From Moniliella sp. 'wahieum' (Eukaryota), in NCBI GenBank assembly GCA_003971905.1, contig RSEE01000045.1:1-64000 (forward strand): a stretch of 64,000 nucleotides of DNA, read 5' to 3'. This document shows, one piece after another, positions 62,262 through 64,000 of the stretch (position 1 is the stretch's first letter; every line of letters begins with the position of its first letter). The position numbers and the translations under genes are program-made. Under the pieces are notes generated by a model, which was given only the letters and a program-made list of their open reading frames with translations, was not told the origin of the DNA and did no database searches.

Positions 62262-64000
62262 TTATGAGGGCGGAGGGGATATATTGTCGAACCAGCGAAG
62301 TACATATGTAGCCGAAGAATGGAACGGATATAGGGTGTCACAGGCGTCAGGTGACAAGCAGAAGGATCGTAAGCCATGGCCATGGCAGGCAACGGGGTGG
62401 GGTCGTAAGTTAAGCAATGACGGGAATGAAGAATGAGAGTATGAGGCGTAGCTGGGAAAGGTCGAGAGGGGATGAAGGGATGTAGAGGAAGACAAAGACA
62501 AGGAGAGGTGCTTGACCGATGATCCAGAGCCTTGTAGAGGCAATAAGAAAACTCGGTCAGTGCAAAGGCACCGAAACGAATGCACATGCTGATCGAAGGT
62601 AGTGAAGGGGGGCTCGGTCCCGCCACTGGAATCATCCAATGTGAGGGGGCTGGACACATTGACAGTAGTAGGTACCGTGGAACAGGGCGACAGGGGCGCA
62701 AAGGGCGGGGGCGCGGTCCGTCGTGGTTCCAACTTTTGCGAGCGCTGATACAGTAGGTCGCCAGCTTCTTGGCTTTCCTCAAGGTATGTTACGAGCCAGG
62801 ATTGAATCTCGGGCACGGCCTGGAGCGCATACAGCTGACCTTGGACCGTCACCAAGTCGTCCACGAGGCGGGCTAGACGATCGTAGCGAACCCAATTGAT
62901 CATATCTGAGTTGTTAGCACCATCTTTGACGCCTGACAACCTGGACGGCCGCCGGCTCGGGCCATTGCCCTGCAACGTAAATACAATGTCCCCTGCCGCA
63001 ATGCCGACAAAGGGCAGAAACGGCGAGCGGGTTCGTAAGGCATCTTGGAATCGTTGCCGGTACTCGGTAAAGTTGTGGCCAGGGAGCGTCATGGCCTCGT
63101 ACGCCTTGGCCCAGTCCCTGTATTGGCAGGCAATGCTTGCCAAGTGTTGTGCAGCCGACGTACTGCCACTGCCCCGATCCCGCTCTGAAGCGAGAAGAAG
63201 GCATGCAGGTTTTGAAGCAGCAGACATTTCTGTAGCGGGGCAAGGTCAATATCTTCCGCCGTCTCGCCGAGTATGGGGAGTAGTAGGGACTAGAAAATGC
63301 CAACAGGCGAGTGGAGTACATACGCGAGAGAGTTTGAGAAAATAGATCAGGGCATCTTTACGCTCCTTGACCGTATCGAGGGCCAAGATGGTGGTCTGAA
63401 CCCAACTAGCAAGCTGGTTGCTCAGGTCCGAGAGCACCTTGATGGGCGCGGGCGTGCCTTCGTCCCCCACATCCAGTCCCACCGTGTCCGACGAAGGGGT
63501 CTTCTTGGGGGCAACATATTTGCCCCAAAATTGCTCGGGTGTGATGGAGGCATACACACGACTCACCAACACGGTCAACTGACGTGCCATCTCGCCCGTA
63601 CTAACCTCTGTCACACCTGCTGTGCCCTCACGCAACCGAGCCAGGAGCGAGCGGCTTATATTTGGGGTGGGGGCCCCCGAAGTGGACCAGCCGGGGGTAT
63701 AGAGCGCGTCGGTGGATTGGCTCTGGTCAGGTGGCTCAATGGTTCGGACCAAGTCGGTTTGGATGCCATCACCCACAAGCCGCATTTGCACTGTTCCCCC
63801 TGCCGTTGTTCTGCGGGTGACAAGGGCCAGCACATCGGCTGCTCCTGCCATCGTAGCGAGCTTGTCAGAGTGGGCAACAACAAGGCATCGTCCAAGTCTG
63901 GGCGCCAGTACGCGTCCGACATCCACAACCGAACAAAGCTGAGGATGTTGGTTCGTTGTTGCTCGCCGGCCTGGGTCCAGAGGTCGACAAGCAGTTCAGC
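62262..64000 (-). CDS. CDC25-type Ras guanine nucleotide exchange factor, C-terminal part (runs off the window); intron 63230-63323
   Basis: EMARQLTVL, SNQLASWVQTTIL, ERKDALIYFLKLSR|KCLLLQN, NFTEYR, PFLPFVG...DIVFTLQGN and INWVRY are RasGEF catalytic-domain motifs. 3' end uncertain. Confidence 0.85.

Overview
Eukaryotic, GC-rich fungal DNA, most likely basidiomycete (inferred from short GT-AG introns with CTRAC branch sites, intron-containing tRNAs and gene content). Recognisable genes: secretory LIP-family lipase, cytosolic Hsp70, SND2/TMEM208, SEC14, a SABATH-like methyltransferase, PEP4-type aspartic protease, UMP-CMP kinase, COQ5, a DH-domain RhoGEF, a Zn alcohol dehydrogenase, a makorin-like RING protein, a DUF1765/UPF0592 protein, RPS19 and a partial CDC25-type RasGEF. 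There are also three intron-containing tRNAs (Asn-GTT, Leu-CAG, Arg-CCG), a 5'-truncated chromodomain Ty3/Gypsy element with a 182-bp LTR, and a tandem duplication of an unknown gene. Many conserved genes carry single-base frameshifts, which points to unpolished long-read assembly errors, so several boundaries are approximate. The most unusual signal is non-coding: intergenic DNA holds many short 7-bp-period arrays of different sequence that mostly share one architecture (a 6-bp palindrome A-x-y-y'-x'-T plus one spacer base, placing TNA at each junction). All family calls come from motifs recognised by eye; no searches were run.
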